In this document: piece after piece, positions 43,710 to 53,273 of the stretch
Numbering within the stretch: position 1 is the stretch's first letter
Layout of the letters: every line of letters begins with the position of its first letter
From: Gemmiger sp.
Lineage (GTDB): Bacteria; Bacillota; Clostridia; Oscillospirales; Ruminococcaceae
Length of the DNA stretch: 64,000 bases
Direction of reading: 5' to 3'
NCBI RefSeq assembly: GCF_036306485.1
Contig: NZ_JAXJZK010000042.1
Span: 37,951 to 101,950, forward strand
The notes under the pieces: model-generated
The model's database searches: none
Told to the model about the DNA's origin: nothing
Seen by the model: the letters and a program-made list of their open reading frames with translations, nothing else
Program-made: the position numbers and the translations under genes

Positions 43710-45542
43710 ATGAGAATTAATCGTGAAGAGACTGCGGGTACCCCGCAAAACGATGGTTCCCAGCCGGAACGGCAGGTATACCATGCAGGACAGAACACGG
43801 GGGCGTCGCAGGGCAGACAGGTACCGTTTGCCTCGTCGCGCAAGTCACGGGCCGGCTCTCATCGCGCAGCGCCGTCTCCGGCCGCCCCGTCCCACGAAAC
43901 CACCGACGATTCCCGGCAGAGCACGCCGACTCAGGACCAGAAGGCGGCCGCTGCGGCCCGTGAGGCGAAGATCCGGGAGGCTCTGTCACAGCTGACCCCG
44001 GAACAGCTGGAAAAGCTGCGTCAGCTGGCGGCCTACCGGGCGGCGCAGGCGGCCAAAGCCAAGCAGGCAACGCCGCAGTCCGAACCGCAGGCTGCCTCCG
44101 AGCCGGCGCCGCAAGCCGCTCCCGAGCCGCAGGCACAGCCGGCGCCCGAACCGAAAGAGCCGCCGGCCCCGCAGCCGGAAACTGCCGCCAGACCGCAGCC
44201 AAAGCCTGCCCCGAAGCCGCAGCCGGAAACGGCCGTCAAACCGAAAGCACGGCCCATCCCCGAACCGGAGCCGGAGGACATCCCCAAACCGGAGGATTTC
44301 CCGACCCGGGAACCCGCTGCGCCCCACTACGAAGAGCCGTCGGAGCAGCCCGCCGAACCGGAGGTGCCGCAGGAGACTCTCCCGCAGAGTGAGGAACCCG
44401 AGGAAGAGGAACGGCCGAAAAAGCGGTTCCCGGTCGGCTGTCTTGTGATTGTGATTCTGCTTGCGCTGGTGGCCTTCGGCGCCTGGAAAGTGACCCAGTT
44501 CTACGGAGAGGTGGACGGTGACCGGGAACTCGGCGAGAGCAAGACCATCACGATTGAACAGGGCTCCACGGTGGCGGACATCACGAACGTCCTCAAGGAA
44601 AACGGCATCATCGAATATGACTGGCTTTTCAAACTGTATGCCAAGTACAGCGGAAAGGCGAATGAACTGCAGTACGGTGACTTTGAACTCCGTTCGGGAA
44701 TGCCGTACAACGATATTCTGCATGAGCTGACCTATCAGAAGGTCAAGCGCAAGACCGTCCAGATCACCTTCCCGGAAGGCTCCACTGCAGTGGCCATCGC
44801 CCAGAAGATGGAGGACAGCGGTCTGTGCTCGGTCGATGATTTCCTGGCATGTGCCAACGGCGATGACGGTTCGGACTTCAGCCAGTACCGGTTCTGGACC
44901 GAGATCCCCGATTCTCCCGGCCGCCTGATGAAGTGCGAAGGGTATCTGTTCCCCGACACCTATGAATTCTATCAGGACGATACCGTCTACAATTACGTCA
45001 ATACCTTCTATAAGGAATTTGACGCCAAGACCAGCGGACTCTGGGATACCATCAACGAAAAGGGTACCTCGATGAATGATGTGGTCATTCTGGCCAGCTT
45101 CATCCAGGAGGAGGCCGGTCTGCCGGAGGAGGATGCCAAGGTCTCGGCCTGCTTCCATAACCGTCTGGAATCCACCGATCCCGAATGGGCGGATCATAAG
45201 CTGGAATCCAACGCCAGCAGCTATATCATGCAGGATTCCGACAACAACTATCTGTGGAACTCGCCGACGGCGGAGTATTACGGCTGGCCCGAGGCGGGCG
45301 CCATCCCGGAGGATGTGCTCAACGCCTATGACACCTACCGGATCAGCGGACTGCCTGCAGGCGCCATCTCCAACCCCGGATATGCCGCGATCGATGCCGC
45401 ACTGAATCCCGACGAGGAATTCATGGCCGAGGGCTACTACTTCTTCGTGACGGGCAATCCGAACGGAGACTACCCGGGACAGTATTTCTACGCCAAGACG
45501 GCGGACGAACATCTCGCCAACTGCGCCAAGGCAGGCTGGTAA
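43710..45542 (+). CDS. mltG: Endolytic murein transglycosylase MltG (YceG family) with a long disordered N-terminal extension
   Basis: The C-terminal YceG domain has EGYLFPDTYEF. There is a single TM segment near residue 245. The first ~240 aa are Pro/Ala/Glu/Gln-rich. Confidence 0.85.
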   Translation: MRINREETAGTPQNDGSQPERQVYHAGQNTGASQGRQVPFASSRKSRAGSHRAAPSPAAPSHETTDDSRQSTPTQDQKAAAAAREAKIREALSQLTPEQLEKLRQLAAYRAAQAAKAKQATPQSEPQAASEPAPQAAPEPQAQPAPEPKEPPAPQPETAARPQPKPAPKPQPETAVKPKARPIPEPEPEDIPKPEDFPTREPAAPHYEEPSEQPAEPEVPQETLPQSEEPEEEERPKKRFPVGCLVIVILLALVAFGAWKVTQFYGEVDGDRELGESKTITIEQGSTVADITNVLKENGIIEYDWLFKLYAKYSGKANELQYGDFELRSGMPYNDILHELTYQKVKRKTVQITFPEGSTAVAIAQKMEDSGLCSVDDFLACANGDDGSDFSQYRFWTEIPDSPGRLMKCEGYLFPDTYEFYQDDTVYNYVNTFYKEFDAKTSGLWDTINEKGTSMNDVVILASFIQEEAGLPEEDAKVSACFHNRLESTDPEWADHKLESNASSYIMQDSDNNYLWNSPTAEYYGWPEAGAIPEDVLNAYDTYRISGLPAGAISNPGYAAIDAALNPDEEFMAEGYYFFVTGNPNGDYPGQYFYAKTADEHLANCAKAGW

Positions 45543-45567
45543 CATTGATTATAAAGGAGCACTGCTC

Positions 45568-46803
45568 ATGCTTTCACGCCCGGAGTTGCTGTCGCCGGCC
45601 GGCAGCCTCGAAACACTCAAATACGCCGTCCTCTATGGTGCCGATGCCGTGTACTGTGCACTGCCGCAGTTCGGCATGCGGGCGGCCCCGGTCAACCTGA
45701 CCATGGAAGAACTGCAGGAGGGCTGCATTTTCGCCCATGCACGGGGCAAAAAGGTCTATCTGACGCTCAATACGCTGCCCACCAATGACGAGCTGGCCGA
45801 GCTGCCCGCGTATATCCGCGATGCCGCACAGGCCGGGGTGGACGCCTTCATCATCGCCGACCTGGGCGTGCTGGCACTCGCCAAGCAGTATGCGCCGGAT
45901 ACCGACGTCCATTTTTCCACCCAGGCGGGCATCACCAACTATGCGGCCGCGACCCAGGCGTACCGGATGGGCGCCAGGCGTGTGGTGCTGGCACGGGAAC
46001 TGACGCTGACCGATATTGCGCAGATCCGCGACCATACCCCGCCTGAACTGGAACTCGAAGCCTTTGTCCATGGGGCAATGTGCATGAGTGTCTCGGGCCG
46101 GTGCCTGCTGTCCAGCTATCTGACGGGGCGCAGCGGCAACCGTGGCGAATGCGCACAGCCCTGCCGCTGGAAATACTACCTGGTGGAGGAAAAACGCCCC
46201 GGCCAGTATATGCAGATCGGGGAGGACAAGGACGGCAGCTATATTCTGAACGCCAACGACCTGTGCACGGCGCCGTTCCTGGACCTGATCTGCAAGGCGG
46301 GGGTGGATTCCCTCAAGATCGAGGGCCGCGCCAAGACCTTCTATTATGTGGCATCCGTCACGGCGGCCTACCGCAAGGCGCTGGATGCCTATCTGCGCGA
46401 TCCCATGGCGGAGGACTTCACCCTGCCGGATGACGCGCTCGAGGAGCTCAACCGGACCAGCCACCGCCACTATTCGCCGGGATTCTATTTCGGCAGGGAA
46501 CAGGCGCTGCAGACGCCCAGCCATTCCTATGTGCGGGAGTGGGATTTTATCGGCACGGTGGATTCCTGGGAAGGGGGCATTGCCTCCTGTACGCAGCGCA
46601 GCAAGTTCTGCCTGGGAGATACCCTCGAAGTCCTGCAGCCGGATGGCAGTGTGCTCACGCTGACACCCGAGTGGATCCGGAACGAGGAAGGGGAGAAAAT
46701 CGAGGCAACACCGCACCCGATGATGCGGTTTACCATCCCTTGCACCGCCCCGCTGATGCCGTACAGTCTGCTCCGAATGCAGAAAAAAAGCAGCGAATCC
46801 TGA
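45568..46803 (+). CDS. U32-family peptidase-like protein (YrrO/TrhP-like)
   Basis: N-terminus ELLSPAGSLETLKYAVLYGADAVY and motif FVHGAMCMSVSGRCLLS. It follows mltG, as yrrN/yrrO follow yrrL in Bacillus. Confidence 0.85.
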   Translation: MLSRPELLSPAGSLETLKYAVLYGADAVYCALPQFGMRAAPVNLTMEELQEGCIFAHARGKKVYLTLNTLPTNDELAELPAYIRDAAQAGVDAFIIADLGVLALAKQYAPDTDVHFSTQAGITNYAAATQAYRMGARRVVLARELTLTDIAQIRDHTPPELELEAFVHGAMCMSVSGRCLLSSYLTGRSGNRGECAQPCRWKYYLVEEKRPGQYMQIGEDKDGSYILNANDLCTAPFLDLICKAGVDSLKIEGRAKTFYYVASVTAAYRKALDAYLRDPMAEDFTLPDDALEELNRTSHRHYSPGFYFGREQALQTPSHSYVREWDFIGTVDSWEGGIASCTQRSKFCLGDTLEVLQPDGSVLTLTPEWIRNEEGEKIEATPHPMMRFTIPCTAPLMPYSLLRMQKKSSES

Positions 46804-46814
46804 TAAGTTTTCTC

Positions 46815-46850
46815 GTGACCTGGCGGTCTCTGACCGTCGGGTCATTTTTT
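46815..46850 (+). terminator. Terminator after the U32 gene
   Basis: Hairpin TGACCTGGCGG / CCGTCGGGTCA followed by TTTTTT. Confidence 0.6.
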
Positions 46851-46948
46851 GTCGCCGGATTTGCCTGAAATGGCAAAATAAAACCACAAAAAGCGGGAAC
46901 GGAATTTGTGTAAAACAGGAAATTTAGGCAGATATTAACAAGAAGCAA

Positions 46949-46977
46949 TTGAAAGGAGTCGGAAATAGTGCTAATAT
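46949..46977 (+). promoter_or_regulatory. Sigma-70-type promoter for the giant surface-protein gene
   Basis: TTGAAA, 17 nt (ending in TGC), TAATAT, within a locally AT-rich stretch. The implied leader is ~115 nt. Confidence 0.5.
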
Positions 46978-47099
46978 TTTTTATGTACATTTTGTGAAAT
47001 CCGTATGAGCTTTTGGAAAAATCGGAAAGCCAAGAATTCATCTCCGGTTTTCCCGCCCTGGCGGTTCATATAGATAACAAAAGACAAAGGAGAAGAAGG

Positions 47100-50000
47100 A
47101 TGAATACAAAGTTCCATCGCTTTGTCGCATCGGTTATGGCGCTGTGCATGATGGCAGTTTTGTTCCCCTCCGCTGCATTGGCGGAGACTCCGGAAACTGC
47201 CGTTACGCAGAGCACCACGTACATGGCCAACGACGGCAGCATTGACGTGGTGGCTTCCACCAATTATGCGGTTGCCCCCGGTGTGACGGAAACGGACGTG
47301 ATCCTGAACAGCTCGGATGGCCAGATCATGGGTTACATGACCACGATTGATCTGTCCAACTCGACGGTCAAGCTCAAGTCCAGCTACAAGGGCTACTACA
47401 ACGGAACGGACAGCTCCAGCTGGGCGGTTTCCGGTTGGGGTCTTGAAAAGACTTCCGATCAGGCGGCGGCCTACGAAAAGTCCAACCCGGGCGAAAATGT
47501 TGTGGCTGCGACCAACGGCGACTACTTCAACATGCAGACCGGCCAGCCTGTCGGCTCCATGATCATGAACGGTGTGGAGCAGAACCCCAACAACGCGAAC
47601 CGTGAGCCGTATTTTGCGGTCCTCAAGGACGGTACGCCTGTGATCCGCAAGGCCGGCACCGACCGCAGCGACGTGGAGGAGTCCATCTCCGGCCCCTTCA
47701 CGCTGGTCGAAAACGGCAAGAACGTTCAGAACAAGAGTGATACTTCGCTGATGCCCCGCAACAGCATCGGCATCAAAGAGGACGGCACTGTCGTTCTGTT
47801 CCTGGCGGATGGCCGTCAGGAACCCAAATCCGTCGGTATGACGCTGTACGACCTGGCCGATTACCTGATCTCCCAGGGCGTCAAGGATGCGCTGTACCTG
47901 GATGGCGGCGGCTCTGCCACGCTTCTGACCGAGCGTGAAGGCAGCGGCCGGCTCTCCATCAAGAACAGCCCCTCCGACGGCAGCGAGCGCGCGGTTTCCT
48001 CGGCGCTGCTGGTTGTCTCCACCGCCAAGGGTGACGGCGTGTTTGAGCATGCCACGGTGAGCCCGAAGAACGAGTGGTATACGCCGGGCGGTACGGTGCA
48101 GTTTACGGCGGATGGTGTCGACGCCAGCGGCAACCCTGCCGAACTGCCGGGCGACCTGGTCTGGCAGCTGGCCGACGATTCCAAGGACAAGGGCCAGATT
48201 GATGCCCAGAGCGGTGTGTTTACTTCCAACGGCAAACTCGGCGACGTGACGGTTCAGCTGATGCAGGGCGGCAAGAATGTCGGCGAAAGCACCGTCAGGA
48301 TCGTGGAGCCGGATGAAATCTATTTCAGCTCTCCCTCTCTGTGCCTGGACTTCGGCGAACAGAACGACCTTGGCTTCAAGGCTCGCAGCGACAACCGTGA
48401 GCTGAACCTCTCGGCGGCCGGCTTTACCTGGGATACCGGAACGCTCGGCACGATGAGCGGCAATATCTTCACGGCCGTGAACGGAACCTCCACCCAGAAG
48501 GGCACGGTGTCCGTCTCTTACCGCCGCCAGGACGGCAAAGAACTGACCGCCAGCATCGAGGTGGAGGTCGGCAAGATGCCGATCGTCGCCATGGATTTTG
48601 AGCCCAACGAAAATGGCCCGCTGACCGGTGCGCATTATCATTGGGGCAGCCCGACGTTTGTGAATTCCGGTGATACCCAGGGCTATATGGGCAACGGCGA
48701 ACCGGTAGACGTCATCACTTCGGGCACCTATACCGGAAATCCCCAGTATGCCACGGATCAGCCTCCCTTCGTGTTCACCGGCAACTGGGATAACGCCGTC
48801 CCGGCCGCGGACATCTTCCGTGCCAACGGCTATTCCTTCTACCTCTGGCCCAACAGCTCCATTACCACCTACGAGGCCGGTAGTGTGACGACCACCAACG
48901 TGGAACAAGGCGGCCAGGTGCGTTTCGGCGATTATGCGCTGGAACTCAACTATGATTACGCCAGCTACGATAAGTCCTCCAACGCCAACTTCTATATCCG
49001 TTACTGCGGTGAGAAGTACGACATCGAAGGCGCCCCCACCGAACTCGGCGTCTGGGTGTATGCGGACAGCAGTGCCTACGGCTACGCACTGTACGCGGAT
49101 GTCATGGTGTGGAACGGCAGCGACTATGTTACCAAGAACCTGTCCCTTGTCCCGGCAGACCGCGAAAAGGATGAGCAGGGCAAGTACAAGTACAGCTACA
49201 TTGACTGGACCGGATGGAAATATTGCTGCGCCGATATGAGCAGCCTGGCCCAGTACGCCTACGACGACCACCCGATGGCCATCATCCCCGGCCAGGGTCT
49301 GTTCTGGCTGAGCTACCAGCCGGGCAGCGGCCGTGGCGGCCGGTATGCCGGTACGCTCTACTTTGACAACTACCGTTTTGTCTACGGTACCAACCTCGAT
49401 GACCTTGTGAACCCCTATGTTTCGGACATTCAGGTCAACGGTGTTGACATCTCCAACAGCAACGATGTTGTCATCGATACCAACGATGTGGAAATCTCCA
49501 CGAACTTTGACGATCAGGAAAGCCAGAACCGTTCCGGCATCGATGCCGCCCGCACCACCATCAAGGTGGACGGCGAGAGCGTGACGCTGGACGGCAGCAC
49601 GACTTCCGCCCTGACCCGTCTGAATCTCGAAAACGGTCTGCACAGTGTGCAGGTCACCGTCTACGATGCCTTCGGCAACTGGGGCACCAAGACGGCCTAC
49701 TTCACGATCCAGAGCGGCACCGGCACCAACAGCAGCGTGACGCTTTCCGGTCCCGATACGGTCACGATGGGCAACGACTACACGATGTCCATCACCACCA
49801 CCGGTTCCGTGAAGTCCTTCACGATGGAAGTCCTCCAGCTCAATTCCGATTTCGGTGAGCCGGTTGTGAACTTCACCAACGGCTGGGAAGGCAAGGCCAC
49901 CTACGAGGTCACCGGCTTCAAGAAGGCCAAGATGTACATTGAGGCCACCAACAACGGTGCATCGAACGCGGATGCGACCGAAGTCGCGACGCTGACCTTC

Positions 50001-53000
50001 AGCGTTCCCACAACGGTTGACCCCGAGATTGACTTCTTCACCTATACGGTGACGTCCACGAACTATGTGAACGCCGACGGCAGCAAGGGCTCCAGCGCGC
50101 AGCCCGATGTCAAGCTGAGCATCAGCGCCTACTACACGGTGGAAGCCGCTGTGGCGGTTGCCGGCTATGACACGCTGCTCACCGTCAAAGGCCCCAACGG
50201 TCCCGAGGCGGGCGTCGAAGTCTTTGTCAACGGCAGCTCCATCGGCACGACGGACGACAACGGTCAGATCCGTGCCGAAATCACCAAGACCCTGCAGGCT
50301 GGTGACAGCTTCCAGGTCAATGCCAAGAAGGATCAGCATTCCTCCTTCACCACCAAGATCACGGTGATGGCTGCTTCCGGCAGTGAAGACGGCAAGCCGG
50401 CCGGCATCTCTCTGCCCGCCTCCGCCGATCCCGCCACCACCCAGAACATCACCTGGCTGAGCAGCCTGAGCGCCAGTGACAACAAGGCCGTTGTCGAATA
50501 CTGGATCGGTGACGGAGAGAAGTCCCAGACCACCGGTACGTCGGAGGTCCAGGCCTTCACGACCGACAAGGGTGCTGCCTACATCAACTCGGTCCAGCTG
50601 ACCGGCCTTACTCCCGGAACGACCTACTCTTACCGCGTCGGCGACGGCCAGGAAGAGCACTGGTCCGACGTGGCGACCTTCAAGACCGAGAACAATACCG
50701 AGAGCACGCGCTTCTTCGTCATCGGTGATACCCAGATGAGCGGCAACATCGACAGCGATCAGGAATCCCTGGATCTGCTCAACAAGATCGGCACGGCCGT
50801 GGCGGGCGCTGATTTCGGCGTCCAGACCGGCGACTATGTCGATAATGGCGGCAACTACGCGATGTGGGAAGAGATCCAGAATGTCTTCGGCCAGCAGTTC
50901 GCCGGCATCGACATGATGCACACGCTCGGCAACCATGAATACTATGGCGACGAGAACGGTGTTGCGGCCCAGAAGCTGTTCAGCTATCAGAACGCCAGCT
51001 ACAACTCTTACACCTACGGAAATGTCTACGTTGCCACCATCAACTACGGCGCCAACTGGGAGTCCGCTCTTGCCTGGCTGGTGAATGACGCGCAGGCCAG
51101 CAATGCGGAGTGGAAGGTCCTGTCCATCCATCAGCCTCCGTATTACACCAACGTCAACGGCGGCAGCGGCCGTTTCAACCAGATTGTTCCCGCTGCGGCG
51201 GATGAAGCCGGCATTGATGTCGTCTTCTCCGGCCACGACCATTCTTACGCAAGAACCAAACCCATGACCGCGGGTCAGGTCGATGAAGAGAACGGCACGA
51301 CCTACTTCATCTGCGGCGACCTGGGCGAGAAGAGCCGCGACATCAACTACGCGGCGGTTGACACGCCGGAGTTCAACTTCGACATGATCAGCCAGGATTA
51401 CAGCGCGCTGTACCTGGATGTCACCGCCACGAGCTCCTCCACGACGGATGACGGCGTGATGACCATCACGGCGAAGGACGCCGACGGCTCGATCATCGAT
51501 ACCTGCGAAATCACCCATAAGGCTCCCTGCAAGGATGGCCATACCTGGAATGGCGTCTATGATGCCAAGGACGGCACGGTCACCTGCGACATCTGCGGCA
51601 CGACCATGAAGGCCACCGACGCCAAGTGCAACGGCTGGTTCACCGAGAAGGAATCCGGCAGAAAGATGTACTTTGTTGCCGGTGAGTACTCCACCGGTTA
51701 CCTGCGCCTGTCGGAGGAAGCTGTGGTCACCCGCTACTACTTCGATCGTAACGGCTATGTCTACGACGGAACCTACGAACTGCTGGGCGAGAACTGTGAG
51801 TTCAAGGACGGCCAGTTCGTTCCGAACGATCAGATCCTCGATGCCGGTGTCTGCGGCGAACAGGGTGACAACATCCAGTTCGTCCTGTACGCGGACGGCA
51901 CCATGAAGGTGGACGGCGAGGGTGCGCTGATCGGCGATGCGTCGATGAGCGTCAACCCCTGGCTCGAAAACGATCAGGTCAAGAAACTGGTCATCGGCAA
52001 GGGCCTGACCAACATCGGCAACTATGGTTTCTGGCATCTGTCTCACTGCGAGACGCTGGTCTTTGAGGAACCCTCTCAGATCACGCAGATCAACCATCAT
52101 GCCTTCGGCGGCAACTGGTATCTGAAGGATGTCACGCTGCCCGAAAGCCTGACCACGATCGGCTCCCGCGCCTTCCTGAGCGACAGCCGCCTCGAAACGG
52201 TCAGAATCCCCGCTTCCGTCACCTCGATCGACACCTACGCGTTCGACCGCTGCGACAAGGAGCTCCTGACGCTGGTTGTCGAGGAAGGCAGCTATGCGGA
52301 ACAGTGGGCCAAGGACAACGGCTATCGGTACAGCTACGAGGCCGCGCCCACGCCTACGCCCAGCGCTTCTCCCGAACCCAGTGCGACGCCGGAACCCGGT
52401 ACGACGCCGGAGCCTGGCACCACGCCGGAACCCGGTACTACCCCGACCCCCGAAGCGACTGCGACCCCCGCCCCGATTGAGTCGATGGGCTGGCAGGAAG
52501 AGAACGGCCGGATGTACTGGTACGAGAACGGTGTCAAGCAGGGCACCGAAGGCCGCGGCAAGGAGATCTATGATCCCGAGACCGACGGCTGGTACTGGCT
52601 CGATGCCATTGACGGCGGTGCCATGGCCGTTGACAAGGATGTCTATCAGGACAGCTTTGCCGGCGAGTATGCCGATGATCCCGAAACGATGACCGGCAAA
52701 TGGTGCCATTACGGCCCGGACGGCAAGATGATCAAGGGCTGGTATGTGCCGCAGGAGGACGTTGCCTACTACTTCGATCCGATCTACGGCGCAATGCTCA
52801 AGGGTCACCGCACCGTCATCGAGACGGCAGAGGACGGCACCGAAACGCAGACCGACTGCTGGTTCGATGAGATCACCGGCATTGGCCTGAATCTGCAGTG
52901 GCGTACCATCGACGGCAATGACTACTGGTATGAGAGCGGTATCCGTCAGGGCACCGAAGGCCGCGGCAAGGAAATCTATGATCCCGCGGTTGACGCCTGG

Positions 53001-53267
53001 TTCTGGCTGGATGCGATTGACCAGGGCAAGAAAGCCGTGTCGAAGGATGTCTATCAGGAGTCCTTCGCAGGACAGTTTGCCGACCGTCCGGACGGAACCG
53101 GCAAGTGGGTCCGCTACAATGAGAACGGCGAGATGGTCAAGGGCTGGCAGACAACCGAAGCCGGTACCTACTACTTCGATTATCTCACCGGTGCCATGGC
53201 AAAGGGTACAACCACAATCGACGATGTCTCCTACACCTTCGATCCTGTGACCGGTATCCTCCAGTAA
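47100..53267 (+). CDS. Giant (2,055 aa) secreted, cell-wall-bound multidomain protein: phosphodiester glycosidase, Ig-like/CBM-like modules, purple-acid-phosphatase-like metallophosphoesterase, BspA-type LRR, PT linker, cell-wall-binding repeats
   Basis: - Signal peptide ...FPSAALA/ETPE.
- NAGPA-like segment NGDYFNMQTG...RNSIGIKEDGTVVLFLADGR...YLDGGGSATL (~47270-47990).
- Metallophosphatase motifs GDTQ, GDYVDNGG, GNHEYY and GHDHSY (~50395-51400).
- LRR_5-like segment (~51890-52340).
- TPEPGT linker.
- GW/YF cell-wall-binding repeats running to the stop.
- RBS AAAGGAGAAGAAGG. Confidence 0.85.
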   Translation: MNTKFHRFVASVMALCMMAVLFPSAALAETPETAVTQSTTYMANDGSIDVVASTNYAVAPGVTETDVILNSSDGQIMGYMTTIDLSNSTVKLKSSYKGYYNGTDSSSWAVSGWGLEKTSDQAAAYEKSNPGENVVAATNGDYFNMQTGQPVGSMIMNGVEQNPNNANREPYFAVLKDGTPVIRKAGTDRSDVEESISGPFTLVENGKNVQNKSDTSLMPRNSIGIKEDGTVVLFLADGRQEPKSVGMTLYDLADYLISQGVKDALYLDGGGSATLLTEREGSGRLSIKNSPSDGSERAVSSALLVVSTAKGDGVFEHATVSPKNEWYTPGGTVQFTADGVDASGNPAELPGDLVWQLADDSKDKGQIDAQSGVFTSNGKLGDVTVQLMQGGKNVGESTVRIVEPDEIYFSSPSLCLDFGEQNDLGFKARSDNRELNLSAAGFTWDTGTLGTMSGNIFTAVNGTSTQKGTVSVSYRRQDGKELTASIEVEVGKMPIVAMDFEPNENGPLTGAHYHWGSPTFVNSGDTQGYMGNGEPVDVITSGTYTGNPQYATDQPPFVFTGNWDNAVPAADIFRANGYSFYLWPNSSITTYEAGSVTTTNVEQGGQVRFGDYALELNYDYASYDKSSNANFYIRYCGEKYDIEGAPTELGVWVYADSSAYGYALYADVMVWNGSDYVTKNLSLVPADREKDEQGKYKYSYIDWTGWKYCCADMSSLAQYAYDDHPMAIIPGQGLFWLSYQPGSGRGGRYAGTLYFDNYRFVYGTNLDDLVNPYVSDIQVNGVDISNSNDVVIDTNDVEISTNFDDQESQNRSGIDAARTTIKVDGESVTLDGSTTSALTRLNLENGLHSVQVTVYDAFGNWGTKTAYFTIQSGTGTNSSVTLSGPDTVTMGNDYTMSITTTGSVKSFTMEVLQLNSDFGEPVVNFTNGWEGKATYEVTGFKKAKMYIEATNNGASNADATEVATLTFSVPTTVDPEIDFFTYTVTSTNYVNADGSKGSSAQPDVKLSISAYYTVEAAVAVAGYDTLLTVKGPNGPEAGVEVFVNGSSIGTTDDNGQIRAEITKTLQAGDSFQVNAKKDQHSSFTTKITVMAASGSEDGKPAGISLPASADPATTQNITWLSSLSASDNKAVVEYWIGDGEKSQTTGTSEVQAFTTDKGAAYINSVQLTGLTPGTTYSYRVGDGQEEHWSDVATFKTENNTESTRFFVIGDTQMSGNIDSDQESLDLLNKIGTAVAGADFGVQTGDYVDNGGNYAMWEEIQNVFGQQFAGIDMMHTLGNHEYYGDENGVAAQKLFSYQNASYNSYTYGNVYVATINYGANWESALAWLVNDAQASNAEWKVLSIHQPPYYTNVNGGSGRFNQIVPAAADEAGIDVVFSGHDHSYARTKPMTAGQVDEENGTTYFICGDLGEKSRDINYAAVDTPEFNFDMISQDYSALYLDVTATSSSTTDDGVMTITAKDADGSIIDTCEITHKAPCKDGHTWNGVYDAKDGTVTCDICGTTMKATDAKCNGWFTEKESGRKMYFVAGEYSTGYLRLSEEAVVTRYYFDRNGYVYDGTYELLGENCEFKDGQFVPNDQILDAGVCGEQGDNIQFVLYADGTMKVDGEGALIGDASMSVNPWLENDQVKKLVIGKGLTNIGNYGFWHLSHCETLVFEEPSQITQINHHAFGGNWYLKDVTLPESLTTIGSRAFLSDSRLETVRIPASVTSIDTYAFDRCDKELLTLVVEEGSYAEQWAKDNGYRYSYEAAPTPTPSASPEPSATPEPGTTPEPGTTPEPGTTPTPEATATPAPIESMGWQEENGRMYWYENGVKQGTEGRGKEIYDPETDGWYWLDAIDGGAMAVDKDVYQDSFAGEYADDPETMTGKWCHYGPDGKMIKGWYVPQEDVAYYFDPIYGAMLKGHRTVIETAEDGTETQTDCWFDEITGIGLNLQWRTIDGNDYWYESGIRQGTEGRGKEIYDPAVDAWFWLDAIDQGKKAVSKDVYQESFAGQFADRPDGTGKWVRYNENGEMVKGWQTTEAGTYYFDYLTGAMAKGTTTIDDVSYTFDPVTGILQ
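52386..52439 (+). repeat. 3 x 18-nt tandem repeat encoding the (TPEPGT)3 linker
   Basis: ACGCCGGAACCCGGTACG / ACGCCGGAGCCTGGCACC / ACGCCGGAACCCGGTACT. Confidence 0.8.
52485..53264 (+). repeat. Duplicated ~136-aa cell-wall-binding module (two copies)
   Basis: YWYENGVKQGTEGRGKEIYDPETDGWYWLDAIDGG... versus YWYESGIRQGTEGRGKEIYDPAVDAWFWLDAIDQG.... A 40-nt block at 52539-52578 recurs at 52947-52986 with one mismatch. Confidence 0.8.
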
Positions 53268-53273
53268 CCCCAA

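Noticed and set aside
46851-47099. Possible riboswitch (for example c-di-GMP) or leader peptide in the ~115-nt leader of the giant surface-protein gene
   Set aside because: I saw no match to any riboswitch core that I know. The only small ORF there (MSFWKNRKAKNSSPVFPPWRFI) lacks an RBS. The AT-rich stretch is adequately explained as promoter plus leader.
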